A stretch of DNA of 63,852 nt, filler included, from Choristocarpus tenellus KU-1152 (taxonomy: Eukaryota > Protista > Phaeophyceae): the NCBI GenBank assembly GCA_964200185.2. It is 10 parts of 10 records of this genome, joined end to end, with 100 filler letters (N's around TTAATTAATTAA, not from the genome) between each part and the next. Parts side by side here need not be neighbours in the genome. Positions count along the whole stretch, not along the records: positions 37,836 to 41,603 come from CAXNAD020018037.1; positions 41,704 to 46,425 come from CAXNAD020013334.1; positions 46,526 to 49,413 come from CAXNAD020023911.1; positions 49,514 to 57,406 come from CAXNAD020005433.1; 6 more parts are not named here. One strand, written 5' to 3'. The notes beneath the pieces were generated by a model. The model made no database searches. It worked only from the letters and a program-made list of their open reading frames with translations, and was not told where the DNA came from. The translations under genes were made by a program, and so were the position numbers. The number at the start of each line of letters is the position of its first letter. Within the stretch, counting starts at the first letter, position 1. Of the stretch, positions 37,836 to 49,613 are shown piece after piece.

Positions 37836-40800
37836 GGAACACCCCCTACTCCCACACCCCAACCCATCTGACCCCACCTTCCACCCCAGTCACCACCACC
37901 ACTGCCCACTCCACACCCTCTATCCCACCTCACCCCACCTTCCTTTTGCCATCCCACCACCATCTGTCCCCACTACCCCCTCCTCCTCCACAGAAAGTCT
38001 AGGTCACCTACCACCACATCCATGTCTGCCTTCGGGGGTCCATACTCCAAGCGTAGCATCTGCCCTTGACCAAGTCCAGATGGAGACCCTGGGGTGGGTG
38101 AACATCACCACGGTGAAGTAGGTCCCAGGCAGGCTTCGCACTGCCCACGCAATCGTCCTCATGCACGCAGTGGATCTCCTGACACACAAGGTAACTGCCC
38201 CAAGGCTGGAAGGGGGGACACCAACAATAGGGGTCATCAGAGCATCCAAACTCTTCCACATGATCTCTGGCCTCTTACTGGCAAATGATGGAAAGTTCTC
38301 GAGGGAGGAAAGGTTTGCCCAGGCGGCTTAAGGGAACATCCAAGAGCTAGTTGCATGGCTACTAGAACGATCCCAGAGGACCAGCAGACATAGGGAGACC
38401 CCTGGAGAGGACCCCAAGTCCCGCCAGGAACGCGCTGAAGCTCTGGGTCACCATCACGGAGAATTTCCAAGGGAGTGAGCGTGCTCCTAGCACAACCCAG
38501 AGCTCCAGGGATAGAGGAGACTTTCAATATGGTCCCTAAATAACCGAGTGAGAACCAAGACGAGCTTAGCCAGGCCATCATGGACGCAAACGACAGGGTA
38601 CAAGGAAAGACCCAAAGCATTTAAGAGGTTAGGAGTTTTTCGCTGTTTGTCCGTGAGGGGCTTGGCTTCCCTCAGGTTTTTTGTGCCTTTTTTCTGTTTT
38701 CTGTGTGAACACGGTTCCCTAAAATATATATGACTATGAAAGGTGTGTCCAGAGTAAGGATATTGACACTCGCTAACAAACTTGATAGCCAAAATTCATC
38801 AAAATTGTAACATAGAGTTTATGACCCCGGATGGACCCGGTCCTACCCTCTGAAATATGTTGGGTCAAATGCAAGATCTGGAGAACAAAGGTACTGCCCC
38901 CCTGAAGGGGAGTACACCCCCACCTCCCTTTGAAAAGCCTTCATGAGGGCTAACAGCAACACGGCACCAGGACCTGATGGGATGCGCCCAAGTCACATCA
39001 GATCAGCCATCACAACAGATGTTGGTCACAAGGGAGTGGTACAGGCGTTTGCAAAGCTATGGGAGCTAGCCTACACCTCCATGGACTCCCTACCCCTAGA
39101 GTTCTGGACACTCCACACCAACTCCAGACTGTCTGCAATTGGGGAGAAGTGTCGCCCGGTTGCCTGCGGGTCTTTTTTCAGGAGGGTATGTGCTTCAGCT
39201 TTCTGCACAGACTGGCACCCCTAACTTGAGGAATTTCTCGGGGGAGTAGGACAATTCGGCGTCGGGGTCCCAAATGGCATAGGATGTGCACTCCTGGATA
39301 TCCGCCTAAGAAATGAGTGCGGAGAATGGGTCGTCAGTCTGGACGAAAGAAACACTTTCAACAGCGTACGTCGCTCAGCTTTCATCCAGGCCCTCCCAGA
39401 GACCCTACCAGGACTCCTACCTTATGTCTATAAGGTATATGGGAACACAAGGAATCTTCTTTTCCTCCTAGATGAGGTAGGGACGAAGATTCTAAGATCG
39501 AGATCTGGGGCTCAACAGGGAGACCCACTTGGCCCCCTCTTATATTGCATTGCAACACACAAGGCCTTGGAATGGGTCCAATCAGTCTTTGGACCCCAAG
39601 GGGTTTCCTCCCGGAGCTATCTGGACGACACATCCATTTCTGCGAGAGGGATCAACCCTACCACCATAGCTGCTTTCGAGCAATTAAAAACTAATCTGCA
39701 TGAGGTAGGCATCGACCTAAACATGGACAAGACCTTTGCCGCACCTCCCCAGGGCCACCAACCCATGCCCTCGAAACTAGAGCTTCTCTCCACAGCGGGA
39801 ATCAACCTAGCCCCGAACCCTAGTGGTTTTATCACTCTAGGGGTTCCGGTGGGGAACAGATGATTTTAGTTGAGCACACATGGCGGAGGTGATCGAGAGA
39901 TCTGGGACACAAGCTTTGGCCACACACCTCAGCGAGATGGAGGACGAGCAGGTGGCCTGGCTCCTCTACTCCTGGACCATCTCCTCCTGGCTAGGATATC
40001 TTGTGAGGGTCACTCCCTCCCTCCTGGCACGCTCCACCATGGAGAGTGAAACTATCTCAGAGGGTACGAATTTTGCCCTGTTTGTCCATTTGGGCCTTGG
40101 CTTCCCATGGGTCTTTTTTATTCAGAGGTACATATCCTAGCTGCCCATGACGCCAGGATCACAAGGAGGGCTCAACACGAGAGATCACACACCTCCTCAA
40201 CAAGATCCGTTTTGACTCCTTCAGGACACAATTGACCAGCCTTCCAAATGACGCACACCAAGGGAGGGAAAGCTCCTCATTAGCCCTAGCACGCCACCGG
40301 AGCCAGCGTGGACAAGGGGCAAACGCATGGACCTCGACTCAACCTCTGGAACCGGCATGCCACATCCCCCCTGTAGAATTCAAGCTCACAGTCAGCAGAT
40401 CCCTCGGGAGGGAGAAGGCCCTATCGAACAGGTGCCAAGTGGCATGGTGCAGGAGGCAAAATGTCGATACCGGACATGCCTGCACCTGCCCCAGGGCAGG
40501 GGGACAGGTGTGACAGCACACTCCAATGGTAAAAGGCCTGCACCAACTATGCAAGGGGATGGGCATCCCTTGCACTACGGAGGATGGTAGCCCTTTCACA
40601 GTGGACGGAAATCTCCGCATGGATCTGGTGTTCCACGCAGGGACACTAGCGGACGACGGAACAGCTCCCTGCAGGGACAAAAGTCTTCTGCTAGACGTCA
40701 CCTTCGCAGAGGTAGAGACAACCTTCCACCTAAATCACTCACCCACCAGCAATGGTGTAGCTGCTGCTGCAATCGAGGCGCGAAAGCACACCCGCTACGA

Positions 40801-41320
40801 GGGCTCCTTTGATCCTCGTAGTTACAACCTCAACACCTTTGTGGTGGAAAGTTTTTGGCGCCTTGGCAAGCAAGCGGAATGCTTCCTTGATGAGCTGGCT
40901 ACTCACATGGTAGAGGGGAGAGGAGCTGGAGGATATTGCAGGAAAGGAGTGGTCAAATCCTGGCTATGCCAAATTGTCTCGGTACTACGCCAGTGGCATT
41001 TTCTAGATGTGTCATGTGCTTTAATTTAAACTAGTCACCAGGGAGATGGGCACGGAGGGGTTTGTTGGATTCTTGGGATGCCTCCCTAGCTCCCCCCCCA
41101 GGGGCGCAGGAGTAGGTAGATGGGAAGCACAGGAAGGCAGTAGTACAATATTGATAGTGGTGAAGTAACAGATAGATAAGTATTTTTCACACTTAAGGTG
41201 TTTTATAGTATTTTTCACATTTATGATATTTTATTTCTTTAGGTCTTATACTGACATACGTATGGTTTTCATTTATTTCCCCCCTGACACATCTGCAAAA
41301 TGTCAGAGGGCATAAATAAT
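37836..41320 (+). mobile_element. CRE-clade (RT plus restriction-like endonuclease) non-LTR retrotransposon, decayed
   Basis: APGPDGMRP, CRPVACG, QFGVGV, GAQQGDPLGPLLY, YLDD, TLGVPVG, a Cys/His knuckle (CQVAWC..GHACTC), then RMDL..LLDVT..EARKH..VVESFWRLG; stops and insertions present. Confidence 0.9.
40044..40112 (+). mobile_element. MITE family A fragment inside the CRE element
   Basis: gagtgaaactatctcagagggtacgaattttgccctgtttgtccatttggg. Confidence 0.8.
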
Positions 41321-41537
41321 AAAATAATATATAGCACATATGTCACCAGAAAAAACAACGTGTATTATTCTATCCCTACGATGATATTGAATTGGTTTGA
41401 TCACATATCTGTATAATATCAAAGGCATAATAATATAAAATATGTATGGAATAATTCGAGGAAATTTGTTATGTGTAGTTATTAGTTGAGGTTGAAGACC
41501 TTATTAGGGCTTCTTTTTTTTTCAACAAGGTAAATGG

Positions 41538-41603
41538 GAGTGAAACTATCGTAGAGGGTACGAATTTTGCCCTGTTTGTCCATTTGGGACTTGGCTTCCC
41601 ATG
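41538..41603 (+). mobile_element. MITE family A fragment at contig end
   Basis: Same terminus, truncated by the spacer. Confidence 0.8.
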
Positions 41604-41717
41604 NNNNNNNNNNNNNNNNNNNNNNNNNNNNNNNNNNNNNNNNNNNNTTAATTAATTAANNNNNNNNNNNNNNNNNNNNNNNNNNNNNNNNNNNNNNNNN
41701 NNNATATACCGTTATAC

Positions 41718-41994
41718 TGTGGTACCGATTAAGGTTCCCAGTCAAGAATCCATGATTCCACGGACAGACTTTTTTCTGTCCGAATGTCGCACATCGAAGA
41801 TCCACATCTTGTCTGGTGGTGATGAAGCCCCACCTGTGATGGTGCTCATCACTCCAAAGTTTGCACTTGATCAACCTTAACCTCGTACCCTCGGTCATGG
41901 TTTGTCCTTCTTCTTATGGTCCGTCTTGCCCAGTGATTCTCTTCACCACCCTTGCCTGAGTGAACCACGCCACCACGGAATCACACGATTCACA
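41718..41994 (+). repeat. Probable 5' LTR (TG...CA) followed by a primer-binding site starting TGG at 41996
   Basis: tgtggtacc...gattcaca t tggcgacacc immediately precedes gag-like ORFs; the second LTR is not in this contig. Confidence 0.6.
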
Positions 41995-44900
41995 TTGGCG
42001 ACACCGGTGTCCTCAGAAATAGGGTGATAGGGCATTTCTGTTTGACCGCAGAAAAAAGATGCCGAACGAAGACATGGATCCCCCCCTTCCCCTCTTACAG
42101 ATCGGCAGGCGAATGTCAGACCCGTGTCGTCGACCCTAGAGCATCATGTAAGCTCAGGCGACCGTGACACTCGTCGGGTCCTATTCCAGGAAGAACCAGT
42201 CCCACCCCCAAGTTCGACTACTTGTGAGGTGGCCATTTCACAGGCACAGTTCGTGGATGTTGTACCATCGTTCATCGCGCACCACGTTCACGAGTGCGCC
42301 AGAACGAACACTGTGCCTCCTGGATGGCTTCAGGATCTGATGAAGCTGCAAGCTCGGGGAATGGACTCCGATCAAGTAAGACACCTTCCACAGAGTAGTG
42401 ACGCCGCACGTCCGCCATCAATGTCAGAAGCGAGTCATTTCAGGTTTTCCGCTTCAGAAATTCCATCTGGTCTTGTCATTACAGGTTCGGGAGAAGAAAA
42501 TTTGCCACTTTTGTTCTCCAAATGGCACGTGGCAATTTCCTTTCACTCTAGTCAGTATGGTCCCGCGTCCCCTGAGACAATCAATGAATGCTCGATGTGT
42601 AGAAGTTTTACCGAAAATTCTTCAAGGACCAGCTGAACTTTTTATTTTTAGGCGTTGGCGGGCACAGTAGAGTGGTGTTCAACCAGTGATTTGGCTCGTT
42701 TGCAATCGTCTCTTGACACTCCCGTCCCCATTACATCTCCAAAGACTTGGGATGATGTCCAGAAAGCCTTGATCACCGCATTTACCCCGCCCATGCTGTA
42801 AGTGTATCAGCTCGTCGACTAACGTCTTTGAAACAGGGGGAGAACGAGTCTGTTGATCAATATACTTTACGTTGCCCCACAGCAATGAATCGTTTTTTGC
42901 ATGATGTTCATCGCACAACGTCGTCCTCAGATGCAGTCGATACGAAAAATGCTTGTCAAACAACTGAAGATCACCCTGATGGAGGACGGCTTACTCCCTG
43001 TAATTCGTCTTAAACAGATTCGGGACGAATCTGCCACCTCGTTTGCTCAAGCTCGTGACCGTGCCAAACGGCATGAAGCTAACCATTTTTCTGGCAATAA
43101 CCCCACCCCCATAACAACTTACACGAGTGCTGTGACCCACAATTCTCGTCGTGGACAGGATCCCCGTAGCGAACTCGAGCAAGTGCAATGAGAGTGCCAA
43201 CGGCTACATACGGAGGTGGAACGTCACTGAGCAGGGGAGGTACCCCTCAACAGGGCCCCAACTCGGTCATTGACAAGTCCACCTCCCACAGTCGGGCACA
43301 CTGACAGACCAACGTGACCACAAGACACGTCGCCCTATTCAGCCTCACCCTCCGACTGGACGTACACCATGGATCAGCAAAATAGTGTATGCCAGTACCC
43401 GGGTTGCCAGGCAGCGACTCATGAGGGCCACACAACCCAGTCGTGCCTGGACAATCCACGGGGTGCTCGTTTGCCATACTTGCATCGTAGAGGCAGGGGT
43501 CGTGGCAGTTGTGTTCGTGTTTGTGAGGACAGTTAGTCAACACCTGGCCATTATGGTACGCGTCCCTAGGGGTGCCCAGGTGGATTTGACTCCTGTCCAC
43601 TTGGGAAACGCCATGGTGTTCTTGTTGACACAATTGTAGGGAGTGGCAAGCGTCAGAGGTTCACACCAGTCACACCTCTTGCCCCGCAGGCATCATATAT
43701 TGTCTGCACGTGTGTCACTAAGCATTTTTCTTTGCCATTAATTCAACCAAACTCGTGTAATAATAATGAAACTTGGTTCAACAGTTCTTTATGCAGATAT
43801 CCATCCATGCCCAAACCTTTGTCGTTTTCATTTCAAAGAGTTCGTGTATCTGACACCGTTGAAGAACAGGAAGAAAATGACTTAAAACTATTGACACAGC
43901 CAGTGATGTACCATGTATTCTGAAATATTTGTTTGCAATCACCCTCAACTGAAACGTTTTGATGTGCATCCTGTCCCACCTGGTGCAATAAATCTACGTA
44001 CGGCAAATGGTTCACCTTTGCATATCCGTGGATTTATTCGTTTTGCACTTACACTTGGTGACACCACATTGCCATTTGAAGCTTTAGTGATTCCCCAACT
44101 TAGTCCCGATAAAATTCTGCTTGATAATAGTGCTATGCAGGCATTCGGTGCAATCCTTGATTGGCAAGAATAACGTCTTTCATTCCAAAACAGTTTGTGT
44201 ACCATTCCAGCAAGACATCGCATGACAAGGAGCCCCACTCAAGTACGTGATACAAGTACCACTCCTTCGTGCTCTGTTTTGAGTGTGCAACATGATTTTG
44301 ACCCTCTACCCGTTCGTGTACATAAACAGTATAACATACCAACTGGTCATGAAATCATCGTCCGTTGCACAACTGATACTAGTCCGTCGTTGGATACTGC
44401 CGTGGTCGTGGAGCCAGTCATACACTCCATGCCTGCTGTAGATCAAACCACTGAACCTACACATCCATGGAATCGTATCGCAGATGCTCGCACTCTCAGT
44501 ACTTGGTCAGCAAGTAATAGATCAGTATTGGTTCAAATGGCAAATCCAACAACACGGAAAGTACATATTAGGAAATATCTTGTGATAGGTCAGTTAACCC
44601 CTATTTCAGATCTGGTACCAATTACTGTTAGTGCTCTAAATATTGATTCTGCTCCATTGAGTAAAGCTAGAGAGGAGTTACATCAAGCCTTCACCAAGTC
44701 AAACTCATTCAAAGATATCACGTTCAATCAGTCACAAGTGTCTCAACTTTTAGACCTCTGTGCTCGTTATAGATCGGTATTTCGTTGAATGCAGCAGAAC
44801 TAGGCAGATGTACCCTAGCTGAAGCAGAAATTCCTATAGAGCCTGGTACCAAACCTGTTGACCGGAACCCTTACAGAGCAAACCCCCGCACTCAACAAGT

Positions 44901-46425
44901 AATTGACTCGTGTATTAATACTATGGACGGGCAAGGCATTATTGAAAAAGGTGCCGGCCCTTGGGGTAGTCCTGTTACTATTGTCGCCAAATCTGATGGC
45001 TCCCCACGATTCTGTGTGGACTATAGGTCAACTGTTAACAAACACCTTGTTCGACAGTCTTGGCCTATGCCTGGTATAGAGTCTCATATTGATACTGTTG
45101 AGGGTGCAAATTTTATCACCGTTTGTGATAGTCAGAGTGCATATTGGCAGATTCCTGCTGCTGAGGATGACATTGATAAAACTGCTTTTGTCACATCTAG
45201 AGTCAAATACGTTTTTAAGAGGATGCCCTTTGGGATATTAAATGCCCCTTGGCAATTTCAAAGAATCATATCCTTAGCCTTTGCAAACTTTGGTCCATTG
45301 AGTGGGTTGCTAGTTTACATGGGTGATCTGATTGCTTGTTCTCCCACATGGGAAGGACATATACACTTACTAGAATAGCAGTTCAAAGCGTTACAAGCAG
45401 CAGCAACGGATTTCTCCTGTTCCTCAAACTTGAAAACACGAGATAGAGTATCAGGTATAACATTGAGCTTACTGGGCTTTTGTTTGACTGTGAAATCATA
45501 CGCTTGAAGAGCAATAGCCCAACGAGTAAGCGGGTTACTGGTATCCTGCATTCTATACAAGTAACACAATGCGGCATGATCTGTGATGCCGGTGAAATGT
45601 CAACCCCAAAGATACGGTCGCCAATGCGTGATAGCTGTAACAACTGCACAACACTCTCTTAATCTAGCTGAATAGTGACGTTGAGCTTCATTCAATTTCT
45701 TGCTGAAGTATGCAATGATAACAGTTCGATTACTGTAGCTAAGTTGGGTATGAATTTGCGCCCAAAATTTATCATACCTAGGACAGATCGAAGTTCTTTG
45801 ATGGTGGTGGGTTCGGGTAATTCAGTGATTGCACGAACACGATCCTCATCGATACGAATCCCTTCAGACGATAAAATGTGGCCCAGGCAACGTACTTCTT
45901 TGGGTCCAAACTGGATCTTTGACGGTTTCAAAGTTAAACCTAGTTCTTCTCACTAAGAAAGGTGTCAATAAGAGAGTCGATTAACAATGGGGATTGGACC
46001 AGGATGTGGCATTTTTAAAAGTAAAACAATTACGCACTGCAGCCCCGGTTCTCGTGTTTCCTGACTTTAATGAAGAATTCATCATCTATGTTGATGCCAG
46101 TGAGAGTGGTGCTGGAGGTTTTTTAGCACAACCTCGATCCGAAAATCCTGAAGACCTAGGTCCAATGCTGGCACCAATCTGTCGTAATGTGCCTGAAGGT
46201 AGTAGTCGTGCATTTACCACACATGTTCAAAAGGAATGTGAGTTATCTGCTTCTAACCTTGACCAAGCAACGCCCGTCCAAAGTGGTCATGAACTATTTA
46301 CTAGTTCCACTACCATGTTTCCTTCAGTGGACCAGGAGCAATTGCGCAAGGAGCAGGAATCCGAGTTCGGACCATATTTCAGGTATTTGCAGTCCCCCAA
46401 AGTTGCCCCACTGCCTGATAGGGAA
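41718..46425 (+). mobile_element. Ty3/Gypsy LTR retrotransposon (gag, protease, RT, RNase H), decayed and internally rearranged
   Basis: Protease IDTASD..LRTANGSPL; RT PWGSPV..RFCVDYR..AYWQI..KTAF..MPFGI..YMGDL; RNase H YVDAS..AYFSKKL..TDH..RWAIALQAYDF, partly on the minus strand. Confidence 0.95.
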
Positions 46426-46525
46426 NNNNNNNNNNNNNNNNNNNNNNNNNNNNNNNNNNNNNNNNNNNNTTAATTAATTAANNNNNNNNNNNNNNNNNNN
46501 NNNNNNNNNNNNNNNNNNNNNNNNN

Positions 46526-46870
46526 CCTCGAAAAAATTATGTCCTCAGGCGAGTCAGCGACCTTCATGATCCCCTCTCTATGCCTCATAGAGAAGTATTG
46601 TCCGCTTGTTGTATGGTTTGGTACACTAGCTGTGGGGGGGTGACCCTGACCAAGTAGCAGAGGCAAAGGATGAGGGACCAGGCATCGAGGATTCATGAAA
46701 TCTGTTCGTCTCCCACCTCTGTGATGTGCGTTGCGAGGTCTCGTGACCTAGATATCTCCAGAACTTCATCCATTCGAGCTTGGACAAGAAAAGTGTTTAT
46801 GTCAATGGGAGCGCCCAGGACCACAAGACTATCAGTGCCTGGAGCCAGGTTGATTCCCACTAAGAATAGG
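46526..46870 (-). mobile_element. Fragment of a second CRE-type element (post-RT region)
   Basis: GINLAPGTDSLVVLGAPI..MDEVLE..LATHITEVGDEQI aligns with GINLAPNPSGFITLGVPV..MAEVIE..LATHLSEMEDEQV at 39797-39955. Confidence 0.8.
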
Positions 46871-47287
46871 ACGTGTAGGTAAATGAAGAATGAAGTCATA
46901 TCATAGACATTGGTGTCTATACGCCAAGGTAAGTTGTGTGCATCTGTCAGATTTTATCAACTACCTACAGAAGACTTCCCCGTTTTCACCCACACGCGGG
47001 GGTATGCTTAACAAAATTCAGACATTGACATGTCCAACAGGACCTAATCTTCACGAGGAACCTGTTACTAACCACCTTCCCCTCTGATTCATCCTGTGGC
47101 AGGATATCGTTCGACTAAGCGTATACATCGTCATTATTGTTGTAAACAGAGATGGGGTACAAACCAGAAATCATATTCCACTCATATAGTGCCTCCGAAC
47201 TCTCCATAAAACCTGATGCCTTGATGTATGTGATGAAGACTCAATGGTGAATGAGTGAGTTTCAACTGGTCTCTCCTTAAAGCCGCC

Positions 47288-49413
47288 ATGCTTGCCTTTG
47301 CCCTAATCTTCTCCATAGTGAGAAGGAACGTGGTAGGGTTTACTGGTATGTCTGGCAATCCACATAACGGGGCTATTTTGTCGCAATATACCCTGAATTC
47401 GCAGACATATTCTCAAGGAAAACATCAAAGATACAAAATTAGACGAATTGACAGGCTGGAGGGCTGTTTTTATCCCAGGAAGGATGCAGGAATCGACCTG
47501 ACCACGATGAGGTGTCGAAAATTGAAGCACCTGGCTCGTTCCTCGCTCTACGGAACTTTTGCTTCAGACGACTACATTGCTCGCAGGAAAGAGAAGAACG
47601 ACACGCCGACTATTCAGAGCCGACCGATATGTGCTCGATGCAATCGACCTACGCAGGTACTTCCTGTTTGGAAACTCGAAGCGAGAGTGTCGAGATTTTT
47701 GCCTGCGGATCGTGGTTTGGGATTAATCGTCTACAGTATCCACCCAGTCACACAATACGGGCTCCAGGGTGCGGCCAGACTATGAATTATCTCCAGTAGA
47801 ATTCCACCTTTACGCAAGGGAGAGCATTCTTGACTTGCGTATTGTCACATCGCAATGGACAGGTGTGCGTGTGCTTAGCAATGCCCTTCAAGGCTCTTGC
47901 AACATCCACGCGTTTCGTCATCCTCCAGCACCCAGCAGAGGCCAAGCGGTGAGAAGACGCCTTGCTCCCTCTAATCTATTGCTGCCAGACATTCAGGGGG
48001 CAATTGTATTGCATACCAACTGACGCACTATTGATTATCCATCGTGGACGTAAGCTCCTTCTGGCACCCAATCTATGACGACAATTTCCTCTTGACTCTC
48101 GGGGTGACTGGTATTTTCTTCGCATCTCTCCCTTCCTGGCAAGGCGCGTTACGGGGACCGTTCCTCTGATACGCCTCTGCCTCTCCAATTGCCGTGTGGT
48201 TGTAATGGGTGACCAAGCTCCGGGAGAAGGGGCTATGAAGGAAATCCTTGGCCTGCAGGAGAAGCAGGAGGGGGAAATTGGCTCTGTTCCCTTGTTATTG
48301 TTTCCCTTGGACGGTGCTGAATTACTAGAGGTAAGGTTGGAAAAGGTGTGAAATGCGTGGAGAATGTTGGTGAATTTGGACATTGGTAAGTTGAAAACGT
48401 TCTGTGTCCTGGGCATAGCATACTGCTCTGAGCAAGGGGTATATTTTATTTTGAAATGTTGTTTGGAGTCTATTGAGTAAGCGTATCCTATCTCCAGAAT
48501 ACTGTACGTCCTGGGTGTAGTACATTTGAGTAGGAAAGATGTATGCCAGTTTTAGTTGCCCATAGTGCAGAGGTTTTCCTAATGCAGCTATAGTAATATA
48601 GTTGGCCACTTTACTATTCCTTTGTCTTGTTCATCTCTTTGTATTTCATTCTGAGATGATTTTCAGTTCCTTTGCCAATGGAAATGTATTTCTGATCTCA
48701 AAGAGAGGTATGGTCATACCTTCGTCCTTCTGTATCTGGGTAATTTCGGGAAGCACACTCCTGTGGTTGAGTTGATGCAAGATAAATTTAGCTATCCAGT
48801 TACAAACATTTACGCTAAAGTTACCCTTATGACCACTCTCCTCACCCCTGTACTTGTACTGCACTCAGGACATCGCAGTGACAGAAGGAATTGCAACCTC
48901 CCCCCTTCTCTCAGACCTTGGTTCAAAAGATGCTTACAAATCAGAGCAACATTTAACTGCTACTCCCCTCCAAAACTGGGAAGGCTTAAACATAGTGGTG
49001 AGTCATAATGGAAGCCCTGAAGAGGAGGATGGGGGAGGAAAGGTGGAGGTGGATGTTAACAAGTTTGGAGGAAGGGGTGTTGTTGCTCCTTCTCTGGAAA
49101 CAGTACCCCTGAGAGGGCCTGTGGCACAGGTAGAATCCCAGGCAGTCAGGAGTGTTCCAGCTCGCACTGTTGTCCTTGTGGATGGCACGTGGTCTCAAGC
49201 CAGGGGAATCTTGCATGCCAACCCCTTTCTGATCCCTTTCACAGCACGGACGAAGATAGGGGGAAGGGGTCGCTCTGGTGGAAAGAAAACCTGCAAACAA
49301 TCTACTCAAAGTGGTGAAAAGGGAGGGGGAGTGGAGGGGAGTGGGGGTGGGGGTGGGGGTGGGAAGGCTGGTCTGTGTCGTGTGGTGGCATTTGCAGACG
49401 CTGGTAGTAGTGG
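47288..49413 (+). CDS. DTW-domain protein (tRNA-uridine aminocarboxypropyltransferase, DTWD2/TapT-like); 3' end in gap
   Basis: Exons 47288(?)-47656, 47863-47948, 48144-48330, 48869-gap give RPICARCNRPTQ|VCVC..ILQHPAEAKR|RVTGTVPL..LLLFP..|..VVLVDGTWSQARGI. Confidence 0.9.
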
Positions 49414-49613
49414 NNNNNNNNNNNNNNNNNNNNNNNNNNNNNNNNNNNNNNNNNNNNTTAATTAATTAANNNNNNNNNNNNNNNNNNNNNNNNNNNNNNN
49501 NNNNNNNNNNNNNGGGAAATACTGAAAGCGGAGAGTGCTAAAGTATCTCCTAAAGGCCTGTGAAGGGAAATGGGGGAAGGGGGGGGTTGGGGTGGGGGTC
49601 TACAACTACACAC

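Noticed and set aside
44195-44788. dUTPase or extra gene in the Gypsy element
   Set aside because: No dUTPase motifs; it looks like the beta-rich protease-RT spacer common in Gypsy elements.
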